Shown in pieces: positions 1 through 9,641 of a stretch of 32,000 bases of DNA. Origin of the DNA: Telmatocola sphagniphila (GTDB lineage Bacteria; Planctomycetota; Planctomycetia; Gemmatales; Gemmataceae); the NCBI RefSeq assembly GCF_018398935.1, contig NZ_CP074694.1:3660001-3692000 (forward strand), given 5' to 3'. Position 1 is the stretch's first letter; every line of letters starts with the position of its first letter. The translations under genes and the position numbers were made by a program. Below the pieces are notes generated by a model. That model ran no database searches, was not told where the DNA came from, and worked only from the letters and a program-made list of their open reading frames with translations.

Positions 1-279
<279 letters not shown>

Positions 280-375
280 GCAGTCCGCGGACAGCATAGG
301 TCGATGCACTTACCCGAATGGAGTCGGGCGGATAGGCAATATAGCTAAACGGCTGATCGCCAACCGCTGCCTGCT

Positions 376-1815
376 ATGTACAAGTTCATTCTCTGTTGCC
401 GGTATCTACGAACTCGCTTTCTGGCGCTGGTTTGCATCGTCAGCGTGATGCTCGGCGTCGCCACCCTGATCGTCGTCAATTCGGTCATGAGCGGCTTCAG
501 CACGAAGCTACGCGATCGCCTTCACAAAATGATTTCCGATGTGGTCATCGAATCGCCCAATGTCCAGGGCTTTCCCATGTCGGTCGAGCGAATGCTGAAG
601 AAGATTCAGGAATCGCCGATCGGCCCCGAAATCGAAGCGATGGCACCCACCATCGAAACCGTCGCCATGGTGCAGTTTCGCTATCCCAATGGCGAGAACG
701 GACTTCGACCGGTCCACATCATCGGCTGCAATCCTAAACAGCTTTCGGCCGTGGGAGGATTCGGGCAATATCTGGTGCAGCCGGAACGGCGAATCGATCC
801 CAGTTTCGAACTTACTGAAGAAGCCAAAAAACGCTACGACTTCCTCTATCCGCCGGCTCACAAGCTGCCGGATTTGCAAAAACCGCCACTGGGCGCCCCA
901 CAGGCTAATGGCGATCCACCGTTGCCGCCGGTGATGCCGCCGCCGGAATTAGACCGTTCGCTGCCCGGCATCATTGTCGGTTATGCGATGGCCAGCTATC
1001 GGGACACCGATCCGGACACCGGCATCCTTCAGGAAAATTTTGTCATCCATCCCGGCGATGTGATGCAAATCATGACCATGGGTGTGGGTAAAGAGAATCC
1101 GGAGCCGGTCTATTCCAGTTTCATTGTCTGCGACTATATGAAGACGGAACTGGGCGATCAGGATTCCAATTTCGTGTTCGTGGATATCGACTACCTGGCC
1201 CGACTGCGGGGAATGGATGGCTCGGCAAGCACCATTCAAATCAAGTTGAAGAATTACGAACACGCCTCGCATGTGGTGGCAGAACTCGAAAGATTGTTCC
1301 CGAAGAGTGCCGGCTATTTCATCAACCGCTGGGAAGACAAACAATCGGCATTGCTTTCGGCGATCGATGTGGAGCGTGGCATTCTCAACATCCTGCTGTT
1401 TATGATCGTCGGGGTGGCCGGGTTCGGTATTCTGGCGATCTTCTCCATGATCGTCGTCGAGAAGACCCGCGACATCGGCATCATGAAATCTCTGGGGGCT
1501 TCGAACCGGGGCATCATGTGTATCTTCCTCAGCTATGGGTTCTTACTCGGTTTAGTGGGCAGCGTGCTGGGAAGTACTCTCGGCGTGCTGATCACCCGAA
1601 ACATCAATGTGATCGAGCATAAAATCAGCGAGATTACGCATCGCGAAATTTTCCCGCGCAGCGTCTACTATTTCGATGAGATCCCTACGAATATTCAGAT
1701 GACGAATGTCGGGTTGATCGACATCGGGGCGATCGCCATCGCCGTGTTCTTCAGTATTCTGCCGGCATTGCGTGCCGCCTGGTTGAATCCGGTGAAGGCG
1801 CTGCGATTCGAGTAA
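376..1815 (+). CDS. LolC/LolE-family ABC transporter permease (MacB-like periplasmic domain plus FtsX-type C-terminal 4-TM domain)
   Basis: N-terminus is CCRYLRTRFLALVCIVSVMLGVATLIVVNSVMSGF, the typical LolC/E start. There is a large central soluble domain. The C-terminal FtsX-like region is EKTRDIGIMKSLGASNRGIMCIFLSYGF, ending in NPVKALRFE. It sits directly upstream of a LolD-like ATPase. Confidence 0.85.
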   Translation: MYKFILCCRYLRTRFLALVCIVSVMLGVATLIVVNSVMSGFSTKLRDRLHKMISDVVIESPNVQGFPMSVERMLKKIQESPIGPEIEAMAPTIETVAMVQFRYPNGENGLRPVHIIGCNPKQLSAVGGFGQYLVQPERRIDPSFELTEEAKKRYDFLYPPAHKLPDLQKPPLGAPQANGDPPLPPVMPPPELDRSLPGIIVGYAMASYRDTDPDTGILQENFVIHPGDVMQIMTMGVGKENPEPVYSSFIVCDYMKTELGDQDSNFVFVDIDYLARLRGMDGSASTIQIKLKNYEHASHVVAELERLFPKSAGYFINRWEDKQSALLSAIDVERGILNILLFMIVGVAGFGILAIFSMIVVEKTRDIGIMKSLGASNRGIMCIFLSYGFLLGLVGSVLGSTLGVLITRNINVIEHKISEITHREIFPRSVYYFDEIPTNIQMTNVGLIDIGAIAIAVFFSILPALRAAWLNPVKALRFE

Positions 1816-1875
1816 GAGTGGTTTCGGGTCCAAGATGTCGACGGACGTCCCGTGGTTCGAAGAAATGGAATTTCG

Positions 1876-2643
1876 ATGCTAAAAGCAACAGGCCTCTGCA
1901 AAACCTACCACCGGCATGCCGACACCGTGAAGGTTCTGACCGATCTTTCCCTGGAGGTCGCCGACAATGAATTTCTCAGCATTGTTGGGGCCTCCGGCTC
2001 CGGCAAGAGTACGCTACTGCATCTATTAGGAACCTTAGATAAGCCCGATGCGGGAACGATCGAACTGAACCGCAAGCGCATTGACGATTTGAACTCGCGC
2101 GAGCGAGATCTCTTACGCAACAACACTTTCGGTTTCATATTCCAGTTCTACCATCTGCTGCCGGAACTGACGATGCTCGAAAACGTCATGATGCCCGCAT
2201 TAATCAAAGGCAGTATCTTCAACTGGCTCGGACGGCGGAAAGACGCTCGCAGGAAAGCCGAAGCGATCATCGACCGGGTGGGCTTGTCCAGCCGCAAGAA
2301 GCACCGGCCGCGCGAGCTTTCCGGCGGCGAGATGCAGCGCACGGCCATCGCCCGGGCACTCGTCTCGGATCCCCAAGTCCTGTTTGCCGACGAACCAACC
2401 GGGAATCTGGACGAAGACACCGGCAATCAGATTATCGAGCTTTTAAAGAGCATCAATCGCGAACAGGGCGTGACTATTCTCATGGTCACGCATAATCTGG
2501 AATTAGTATCCAAAACAGATCGGGTTGTGAAAATGGCGGGGGGCCATATCGTAAGCGATACCCCTAAATTGACCGACCGATCCTTGAAATTCCAGGGAAC
2601 TAGCGATGAGCAACCGAGTCTATATCAACGGCAAGCTGTATGA
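1876..2643 (+). CDS. lolD: ABC transporter ATP-binding protein, LolD-like
   Basis: Walker [10 protein letters not shown], signature LSGGEMQR, Walker [13 protein letters not shown]-loop MVTHN. The track ORF starts at GTG 1852; ATG 1876 ([11 protein letters not shown]) is the more typical LolD start. The 3' end overlaps ilvE by 38 nt. Confidence 0.9.
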   Translation: MLKATGLCKTYHRHADTVKVLTDLSLEVADNEFLSIVGASGSGKSTLLHLLGTLDKPDAGTIELNRKRIDDLNSRERDLLRNNTFGFIFQFYHLLPELTMLENVMMPALIKGSIFNWLGRRKDARRKAEAIIDRVGLSSRKKHRPRELSGGEMQRTAIARALVSDPQVLFADEPTGNLDEDTGNQIIELLKSINREQGVTILMVTHNLELVSKTDRVVKMAGGHIVSDTPKLTDRSLKFQGTSDEQPSLYQRQAV

Positions 2644-3460
2644 CAAAGCCGACGCGAAAATCAGCGTCTACGATCACGGTTTGCTCTACGGCGATGGCGT
2701 TTTCGAAGGCATCCGCATCTACAACGGGAAAGTTTTCAAAAACAAGGAGCACATCGCCCGTCTCTACGAATCGGCCAAGTCGATCCACCTCGAAATTCCC
2801 ATTCCTCCCGATGGCATGCTGGCCGATGTGGAAGAGACCGTAAAAGTCAATCAGAAGGTCGATGGCTACATCCGCCTCATTGTCACTCGCGGCGTCGGCA
2901 ATCTGGGACTCGACCCGCGCAAGTGTGAACCGAACATCATCATTATCGTCGACGATATCAGTCTCTATCCCGCCGAACTGTACGAAAACGGCCTGGAAAT
3001 CATCACGGCTTCCACCACACGGAATCTTTCGAACGCCGTGAATCCGCGCGTCAAATCATTGAACTATCTGAACAACATCCTGGCCAAGATTGAAGCGATT
3101 CGGGCCGGCTGTCTCGAAGCGATCATGCTGAATCACAAGGGGGAAGTGGCGGAATGCACCGGCGACAACATCTTCCTCATCAAGAACGGCGTTCTGAGAA
3201 CACCGACGGTAGATGCTGGTATCCTGGAAGGAATTACTCGCAACACAGTGATTGATTTAGCAAAGGATGCCCATATCCCGGTAAGCGAATGCACGCTGAC
3301 CAAACATGATGTGTATACGGCTGATGAGTGCTTCCTGACGGGTTCGGCCGCGGAAATCATCGCCGTAACCAAGGTCGATGGTCGGATTATCGGTTCGGGC
3401 AAACAGGGGCCGATCACTCGCAAACTGCGCGATTATTTCACCAAGTTCGTTCGCTCGTAA
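2606..3460 (+). CDS. ilvE: Branched-chain amino acid aminotransferase (fold-type IV PLP enzyme)
   Basis: Family hallmarks: [84 protein letters not shown]. An AGGGAA Shine-Dalgarno-like box lies upstream of ATG 2606. Confidence 0.9.
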   Translation: MSNRVYINGKLYDKADAKISVYDHGLLYGDGVFEGIRIYNGKVFKNKEHIARLYESAKSIHLEIPIPPDGMLADVEETVKVNQKVDGYIRLIVTRGVGNLGLDPRKCEPNIIIIVDDISLYPAELYENGLEIITASTTRNLSNAVNPRVKSLNYLNNILAKIEAIRAGCLEAIMLNHKGEVAECTGDNIFLIKNGVLRTPTVDAGILEGITRNTVIDLAKDAHIPVSECTLTKHDVYTADECFLTGSAAEIIAVTKVDGRIIGSGKQGPITRKLRDYFTKFVRS

Positions 3461-3477
3461 TCTTCCGAGCCAGCCGC

Positions 3478-3504
3478 GATGCCGGGAACCTTTCGCCCGG
3501 CATC
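3478..3504. terminator. Stem-loop between convergent genes (ilvE / DUF4214 gene)
   Basis: A perfect 9-bp stem, GATGCCGGG (3478-3486) / CCCGGCATC (3496-3504), with a 9-nt loop. It lies in the 64-bp gap between two stop codons. There is no clear U-tract. Confidence 0.45.
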
Positions 3505-3524
3505 TACTCCTTGCCAAAATGCTT

Positions 3525-4355
3525 TTAGCGATTCGCCAGCGCATCCTGGGAATATTCCTGGGAAGCCAGCAGCGAAGCCATTAAACCGCTATAGGTCAGG
3601 CTGCCGCTCTGGAGTTGCGGCAACAGTGATATAGTGTCCGCCGCTGCGGGAGCCCGCTCCAGAATCGCCGAATAATCCAGATTGATGGTATCCAAAACCG
3701 CTTCATTCGAATTGACAATTCCCACAACCAGTTGTGCACGGCTTAATGTGCCCGCGTTCAGAGCCGCGATCCAATTGGCGGCGCTCGCCGGATCAGGCTG
3801 ACGGTTCAGTACGACCTGATAAAGGGCCGTAACGAAGTCGCTGTTATCGCGAATACCCGAGAATTCGGCGGAATCCAGAAACGCTTCGAAGACCGACGTT
3901 TCACTGGCCCCATTCTGCAGATCGGCCACCCAACCCGTTACCTCCGCAGCCGCGGGCGTTCGCCCCAGGATATCCTGATAGAAGCGAACGACTTCTTTTG
4001 TTCGAGCTTCCGTGGAATTGAGCAACCCAGTTGCGAGTTGAGAGGGAGTAAGACCGTTATTCAGCGAATTGTACCAGGTCAGCAATTCTGTCGGCGAAGG
4101 TGCGCGACCGAGGATCGTATTGTAATACCCTTTAATGAGTGAACTGTTCATATCCGCACTGGGTTGCGGCGAAAACATCGCCACAAAATTGGTAGGAACT
4201 CCGGATGGGAATAATGGGTTCATCAGATTGGCGGTGGAGACGCCTGCCGGGACACTCCGGTCTTCGAGCGACTGCACATTCAAATTCAGAGCAGGAGTTC
4301 GCATCGTGCGGCAGGCCGGCATGCGACTCATCCAGGATCGCAGGAAATTGAACAT
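3525..4355 (-). CDS. DUF4214-repeat protein with a planctomycete-style 'LEDR' N-terminal leader
   Basis: Four tandem ~50-aa repeats of the DUF4214 pattern: YNTILGRAPSPTELLTWYNSLNNG, YQDILGRTPAAAEVTGWVADLQNG, YQVVLNRQPDPASAANWIAALNAG, YSAILERAPAAADTISLLPQLQSG. The N-terminus is ...RTPALNLNVQSLEDRSVPAG. ATG start at 4355. Confidence 0.75.
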   Translation of the reverse strand: MFNFLRSWMSRMPACRTMRTPALNLNVQSLEDRSVPAGVSTANLMNPLFPSGVPTNFVAMFSPQPSADMNSSLIKGYYNTILGRAPSPTELLTWYNSLNNGLTPSQLATGLLNSTEARTKEVVRFYQDILGRTPAAAEVTGWVADLQNGASETSVFEAFLDSAEFSGIRDNSDFVTALYQVVLNRQPDPASAANWIAALNAGTLSRAQLVVGIVNSNEAVLDTINLDYSAILERAPAAADTISLLPQLQSGSLTYSGLMASLLASQEYSQDALANR

Positions 4356-4637
4356 AGTGTTGTTTCTCTCTCTTTTTCCGGTGAAAATCCGTTTCGAGTT
4401 GCGATTCTACTAGAGGGGAAAAAATGAGACAACACGAGTCGTAAAGGATGAGAAGTAAAGCGGTTAGATTGACCAAGCTGGGCAACTAAAAAACGCGACC
4501 AGGATAAATTTCCGCTTATCATTTCCGCAATTTGCAGGTTATTAAATAATCTTGAAACTCCTCCCACCTATTTGAAGACTGGAAGAGTTTAGAAATCTCC
4601 GGACACTAATCCCCCAAACGATCCCTAATTTAAATAA

Positions 4638-6404
4638 ATGCATGATATCGAACTCATCCTCACGCTCACCTACGGCCTGACCGCGGCCGTCATCCTCGGA
4701 TATATTTCTCACCGGATTGGACTTTCGCCCATTGTCGGCTATCTGGTGGCCGGTGTGGTAGTCGGCCCGAATACGCCGGGTTTCGTCGCCGATCGGGCTC
4801 TGGCGGAACAACTGGCTGAAATCGGTGTGATCCTATTGATGTTCGGCGTTGGTCTGCACTTTCGCATCGAAGAGTTGCTGGCCGTGCGACGGATCGCGTT
4901 ACCCGGGGCAATCTTTCAAAGTTTATTGGCCACGGCATTGGGTACGATCGTGGCTCTCGGATTGGGATGGGGTTGGTCAGGGGGCCTGGTGTTCGGGTTG
5001 GCTCTCTCGGTGGCCAGCACAGTCGTGTTGACGCGAGTCCTCTCCGATTTCAATGAATTGCATACCCCGGTGGGTCACATCGCCGTCGGTTGGTTGGTCG
5101 TGGAAGACCTGTTTACCGTGCTGGTCCTGGTACTTCTGCCGCCTTTGGTCAGCCATTCGGGAGGATTAGGCTGGTCCATTCTGTTCGCGGTTTTAAAAAT
5201 TTTGGGACTAGTCGTTCTGGGTGTACCCATCGGTGGCCAAGTCATTCCCTGGATTTTGAAGAAGGTGACGGATACCGGTTCCCGCGAACTTTTCACGCTC
5301 ACTGTGCTGGTAATAGCCTTGGGAATTGCAGTCGGTTCATCACTTCTCTTCGGCGTCTCGATGGCCCTGGGTGCCTTTCTGGCGGGAACCATCGTCGGGA
5401 GATCCGATTTCTCATTGCGGGCCGCTACGGATGCTCTCCCGATGCGGGACGCCTTTGCAGTGCTGTTCTTCGTCTCCGTCGGCATGCTCTTCGATCCGGG
5501 CTACTTGCTGCAAGCGCCGGGGATCTTGCTGCTGACACTGGCCGTAGTGCTTCTGGGCAAACCGCTCGCCGCCATCACTATCGTACTGCTACTCGGATAT
5601 CCGGTGCGGGTGGCTTTTGCAGTGGCCGTGGCACTCGCTCAGATTGGCGAATTCTCGTTCATTCTTGCCTCGTTGGGCACGTCTTTAAAGGTTCTACCGC
5701 CGGGAGCAAATAACGCTCTGGTGGCTGCTTCGATTGTTTCCATTGCATTGAATCCCCTGCTCTATCGATTGGTTACACCCGCCGAAAAATGGGCGGCGCG
5801 GAAGCCAAAGGTTTGGAAATTCCTCACTTCGAAAGCTCGAAAACCGGAGGGCAACAATCCGCCGCAGGAGGAAGAGGTCGATGCCCGATATCGCGCCGTG
5901 GTGGTGGGTTATGGACCTGTCGGCCGAACGCTCGTGGATCTTTTGAAGGATAACGGCATCGTCGCGACAGTTATCGAAATGAATCTCGAAACGGTCCAGA
6001 AGCTTCGCAACGCCGGTATACAAGCGGTCTATGGCGATGCGAACCATATTCAGACACTGAAGGAAGCGGGAGTGGACCGCGCCGCGAACATCATCCTGAG
6101 TTCCTCCGGTCTCACGGGTGCGGAAGAAGTGGTTAGACTGGCCCGTCAGTTGAATCCGGAAATTCGCGTTTTAGCACGATCGGCTTATTTGCGCGAACGG
6201 CCGGGATTACTGAAAGCGGGCGCCGATGAAGTTTATGCCGGAGAAGGGGAAGTCGCCCTGGCCATGACTGAATCCGTGTTGAGGGATTTAGGCGTCGGGC
6301 CCGAGTACATCGATCGGGAAAGAAATCGCGTGCGAACTGAGTTGATCGGCGAAAGCCCTTCGGAGATTCCAGTCGAGAAGAAGGATTTCGCAGCCGGTAA
6401 ATAG
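4638..6404 (+). CDS. CPA2-family cation:proton antiporter with C-terminal TrkA-N (NAD-binding) domain (KefB/KefC/YbaL-like)
   Basis: About 12 TM helices, with the typical start LTAAVILGYISHRIGLSPIVGYLVAGVVVGPNTPGF. The C-terminal Rossmann motif is VVVGYGPVGRTLVDLLKDNG. Confidence 0.9.
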   Translation: MHDIELILTLTYGLTAAVILGYISHRIGLSPIVGYLVAGVVVGPNTPGFVADRALAEQLAEIGVILLMFGVGLHFRIEELLAVRRIALPGAIFQSLLATALGTIVALGLGWGWSGGLVFGLALSVASTVVLTRVLSDFNELHTPVGHIAVGWLVVEDLFTVLVLVLLPPLVSHSGGLGWSILFAVLKILGLVVLGVPIGGQVIPWILKKVTDTGSRELFTLTVLVIALGIAVGSSLLFGVSMALGAFLAGTIVGRSDFSLRAATDALPMRDAFAVLFFVSVGMLFDPGYLLQAPGILLLTLAVVLLGKPLAAITIVLLLGYPVRVAFAVAVALAQIGEFSFILASLGTSLKVLPPGANNALVAASIVSIALNPLLYRLVTPAEKWAARKPKVWKFLTSKARKPEGNNPPQEEEVDARYRAVVVGYGPVGRTLVDLLKDNGIVATVIEMNLETVQKLRNAGIQAVYGDANHIQTLKEAGVDRAANIILSSSGLTGAEEVVRLARQLNPEIRVLARSAYLRERPGLLKAGADEVYAGEGEVALAMTESVLRDLGVGPEYIDRERNRVRTELIGESPSEIPVEKKDFAAGK

Positions 6405-6488
6405 AAAAGAGTCGAATCTACTTGGCGCCCGACCGGCATAAGTTGTAAACCCTTCAAAATCTTCGAGAATCGGGGCCCTCCCGGCTAA

Positions 6489-8186
6489 TCAATTCTTCGA
6501 ATAAATCGTCTTTCCCTCCTTGATCGTCTCCAAGACCTTGATGTCTTTGATAGCCTTCGGATCCACCTTCAATGGATTCTTGTCGAGGATCACCAGATCG
6601 GCCAGCTTCCCCACTTCCAGGGAGCCTTTGATTTTCTCTTCCTTATACATGTAGGCGCCGTCGATGGTAATTGTCTTGAGCGCCTGCAGAGGCGAGACCC
6701 GTTCGTCGGGACCAATGATCGTGCCTTCCCGGGAAAGCCGATTCACGGCCGACCAGACCACGAACAGTTGATCGATCGGCGAGACGTTGAAGTCGGTGTG
6801 ATTGGCACAATGGATTCCCAATTTCTGAGCCGTCTTGAGCGGGCTGAGGAAGAAGGTCTGCTCCTGGCCGCGATTTTTCAAATGGGTTTCCCCAAAATAG
6901 AAGCAATGTTCTGTGAAAAAAGAAGGAACAATTTTGTAATCGACATATTTCTGAATCTGATCCTTGCGAACAAACTGCGAGTGAATGACGACACTGCGGA
7001 GATCGGCGAAACGATCCTTGGCCGATTTTTCATGAGCTTCCAGAAACCAGTCAATCGCCGCATCGCCATTACAGTGGATGATCAGTTGCAGATTCTTTTC
7101 GTAAACGAAGCGGACCATTTCGTCGAATATCGCCTTCGGAAACAGCGGTTCTCCCTTCCATTCCTTCTCGCCGTTCGGGCCACCGGTCAGGTAAGGTGTC
7201 GTAAAGAAGGCTGTCCGGCCCTGTGGGGAGCCATCTGTCGTGATTTTGATGCCGCCCAACTTTAAATGGTGTTGGTATTTGCCGAAGGTCTCGGGAGGAT
7301 TCTTTTCCAAAACTTTTTTGGCTTCCGTGATAAACGGATAAGAGACGACATCTATAAAGAGTTCTCCCTTCTTAGCCGCTTTTTGCAGTAATGCCACATC
7401 GGCCGGAAAGGTGGCGCCTTCCTGGGCCGTGGTGATGCCTGCGGCCGCATAAATCATCTGGCCTTCCTTGAAACGGGTCAGAAGTTCGGATTCACTGGGT
7501 TTCGGTAGGTTTTCAAATATCGGCATCCAGGCCGCTTCCATCAGCAGTCCGGCCGGTTCCGTCGAATTCGGTTTACGGACGATCACACCACCCGGAGGCG
7601 TTTTCGTATCCTGGGTGACGTTGAATTTTTTCAGAGCCAGCGAATTACAGACGGCCCCGTGCAGAGAGACATGCTGGACGAAAACCGGATTGTCCGGGAA
7701 CGCCGCATCCAGATCGGCCGCCGTCATTTCCCGACCATCGCTGATAGCGTTGCCATCGTAGCCGTAGCCAATGATGAAGTCGCCTTTGGAAATTTGAAAC
7801 TGCTTCTGAGTCGCCTTCAGAGCCGCAATGATCGCGGCGATCGATTTGCCGGGTCCGGAAGGAGGTGCAAAGCAATTGGCCTGCCGGGACACAGACAGAC
7901 TATTTATGAAGTGGCTATGACCATCGATGAATCCGGGCAGAAGCGTTTTCCCTTGAAGGTCCACCAGTTGAGTGGTTTCGCCTTTCAATTTCAGCAGATC
8001 TGCCTTGGAGCCGACCGCTAGAATTTTTCCCGCTCGAATCGCCACGGCTTCAGCGGAGGGATACTTATCATCCACGGTAACAATGTCGCCACCATGGTAA
8101 ATCTTGTCTGCTATTTCCTGCCCTCGAACTAGAGTCGGCAGCAAGCCTGCGAGAATAATAAGACCATGTAATTGGGTAATTCTCAT
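6489..8186 (-). CDS. Secreted metal-dependent amidohydrolase (Amidohydro_3 / YtcJ-like family)
   Basis: N-terminal signal-like segment (MRITQLHGLIILAGLLPTLVRGQ). Metal-binding motif PGFIDGHSHF, then IIHCNGDAAID, VIHSQF and ANHTDF. The C-terminal GSLEVGKLADLVILDKNP is typical of this family. The track start 8192 is TTG; ATG 8186 is preferred. Confidence 0.85.
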   Translation of the reverse strand: MRITQLHGLIILAGLLPTLVRGQEIADKIYHGGDIVTVDDKYPSAEAVAIRAGKILAVGSKADLLKLKGETTQLVDLQGKTLLPGFIDGHSHFINSLSVSRQANCFAPPSGPGKSIAAIIAALKATQKQFQISKGDFIIGYGYDGNAISDGREMTAADLDAAFPDNPVFVQHVSLHGAVCNSLALKKFNVTQDTKTPPGGVIVRKPNSTEPAGLLMEAAWMPIFENLPKPSESELLTRFKEGQMIYAAAGITTAQEGATFPADVALLQKAAKKGELFIDVVSYPFITEAKKVLEKNPPETFGKYQHHLKLGGIKITTDGSPQGRTAFFTTPYLTGGPNGEKEWKGEPLFPKAIFDEMVRFVYEKNLQLIIHCNGDAAIDWFLEAHEKSAKDRFADLRSVVIHSQFVRKDQIQKYVDYKIVPSFFTEHCFYFGETHLKNRGQEQTFFLSPLKTAQKLGIHCANHTDFNVSPIDQLFVVWSAVNRLSREGTIIGPDERVSPLQALKTITIDGAYMYKEEKIKGSLEVGKLADLVILDKNPLKVDPKAIKDIKVLETIKEGKTIYSKN

Positions 8187-8318
8187 ATTCAAATTTTCTG
8201 TTGGAAACCGAGGGAAACCGGGAAATCTCCTGACATTTTATTTGGCTTAAACTTCAAAGCCGAATGAATTAATCCGTATTTCGCATGGAATTGGAGTGAC
8301 GGAGTGACTTGATAATTA

Positions 8319-8338
8319 ACAGACAGGTCTGTATAGTT
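8319..8338 (+). promoter_or_regulatory. Candidate TetR operator, copy 1 (ACAGACAGGTCTGTATAGTT)
   Basis: Inverted arms ACAGAC/GTCTGT (8319-8324 / 8327-8332) with a 2-nt spacer, 6 nt upstream of the tetR ATG. It lies just downstream of a -10-like GATAAT (8311-8316) in the divergent amidohydrolase/tetR intergenic region. A near-identical box recurs at 8965-8984 in the opposite orientation. Confidence 0.55.
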
Positions 8339-8343
8339 CTTAT

Positions 8344-8919
8344 ATGGTGCGACAAGACAAAGTTTCTGAAACCCGCGAACGCATTCTTGAGACGGCCGAT
8401 CGGTTGTTCTACGAACACGGGATGCGGACCGTCGGTATTGACCGGATTGTGGCCGAGGCCGATGTCGCTAAGATGAGCCTTTACAAGTATTTCCCTTCCA
8501 AAGACGATTTGATTCTGGCCTGTTTGCAGCACCGCGAAGAAACCGTCCAAAAGTTCTTCACCGAGGCACTCGCCCGGCATGAGAAACGAGGCCAGGACAA
8601 GTTACGGGCTCTCTTCTCCTCTCTAAAGGAATGGTTCAGCAGCGACTCCTTTCGCGGCTGTGCATTTCAAAACGCCGTCGTGGAATTGGCCGATCCCAGT
8701 CATCCCGGAACGGAATTTGCTCGAAGCTACAAGAAGCGATTCCAGGATTTTCTGGTAGAACTTGTAAAGGGTTCTGTGGGCAATTCTGCCGCGAAGAACG
8801 TCCCAGCCATAAATCTCTTAATCGAAGGGGCGATTGTGACGGCGGTGATCCAGAACAATGCGAGCGTCCTAGACGTCGCTCGGGAAGCCGCCTTGAAACT
8901 GCTTAACCTCGATAAATAA
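8344..8919 (+). CDS. TetR/AcrR-family transcriptional regulator
   Basis: N-terminal HTH: TRERILETADRLFYEHGMRTVGIDRIVAEADVAKMSLYKYFPSKDDLILACL. Size and all-helical C-terminal domain are typical of the family. Confidence 0.9.
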   Translation: MVRQDKVSETRERILETADRLFYEHGMRTVGIDRIVAEADVAKMSLYKYFPSKDDLILACLQHREETVQKFFTEALARHEKRGQDKLRALFSSLKEWFSSDSFRGCAFQNAVVELADPSHPGTEFARSYKKRFQDFLVELVKGSVGNSAAKNVPAINLLIEGAIVTAVIQNNASVLDVAREAALKLLNLDK

Positions 8920-8964
8920 TTGCTGTCCGACGCTCCACCCAAATTTTTTTTCGATTTCCCGTAA

Positions 8965-8984
8965 TACTATACTGACCTGTCTGT
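8965..8984 (-). promoter_or_regulatory. Candidate TetR operator, copy 2 (reverse complement reads ACAGACAGGTCAGTATAGTA)
   Basis: 18 of 20 positions are identical to the box at 8319-8338, in inverted orientation. It overlaps -10-like hexamers TATACT (8968-8973) and TATACA (8984-8989), upstream of the AhpD-like gene. Confidence 0.55.
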
Positions 8985-9036
8985 ATACATAAGCGTGATG
9001 ATTAACCTCAAAAAACTGGAAATGGGAGAAACGATC

Positions 9037-9579
9037 ATGCCTCGAATCAATGCACTGGCCCCCGAAAGCGCCACCGGCCACACTCAGGAGCTGTTCACCT
9101 CGATCAAGAGCAAATTGGGCGTAGTCCCTAATCTGATGAAGACGATGGGGCATTCCCCCGCTTTGTTAGAGGCCTACCTTCAGTTCAGCGGCAAGCTGGG
9201 AGGTGGTGTTCTGCCCGCTAAGGTTCGGGAGCAGATCTCGCTCGCCGTGGGACAGAAAAACGACTGCGACTACTGCGTATCGGCCCATTCCGCAATTGGT
9301 AAAAAACTTGGGCTTTCGACTGAACAGATCCTAGATAGCCGACATGGCATCTCTCAAGATCCTAAAACAGCCGCGATTCTCACTTTCAGTCAGCGGATCA
9401 TCGAAAAGCAGGGACATGTCTCCGATGCCGATGTCCAGGACGTCCGCACGGCCGGCGTGACTGATGCGGAAATTGTTGAAATTGTCGGGAATGTCGCCCT
9501 GAATATCTTCACGAACTATTTCAACCACATTTCCGATACGGAAATCGACTTCCCTCGCGCGGAAGCACTGAAGGCTTAA
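9037..9579 (+). CDS. Carboxymuconolactone decarboxylase / AhpD-like alkylhydroperoxidase family protein
   Basis: The AhpD-core CxxC motif sits in the right context (KNDCDYCVSAHSAIG). A second half-domain follows (DAEIVEIVGNVALNIFTNYFN). ATG 9037 has a GGGAGAA Shine-Dalgarno box 6 nt upstream. The track ORF begins at 8995 without one. Confidence 0.85.
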   Translation: MPRINALAPESATGHTQELFTSIKSKLGVVPNLMKTMGHSPALLEAYLQFSGKLGGGVLPAKVREQISLAVGQKNDCDYCVSAHSAIGKKLGLSTEQILDSRHGISQDPKTAAILTFSQRIIEKQGHVSDADVQDVRTAGVTDAEIVEIVGNVALNIFTNYFNHISDTEIDFPRAEALKA

Positions 9580-9606
9580 GGATCTATCTGCAAGTAAAGA
9601 AGTGAG

Positions 9607-9636
9607 ACTGTCCACGACAATGGACAGTTCCTTTTG
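9607..9636 (+). terminator. Rho-independent terminator after the AhpD-like gene
   Basis: An 8-bp perfect stem ACTGTCCA (9607-9614) / TGGACAGT (9621-9628) with a 6-nt loop, followed by TCCTTTTG. It lies between convergent stops (9579 and 9642). Confidence 0.7.
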
Positions 9637-9641
9637 AAAAA

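Noticed and set aside
283-292. 10-bp perfect palindrome GTCCGCGGAC just after the lysS stop, considered as a terminator
   Set aside because: It has no loop and no U-tract, and it is too short to support a terminator or operator call on its own.
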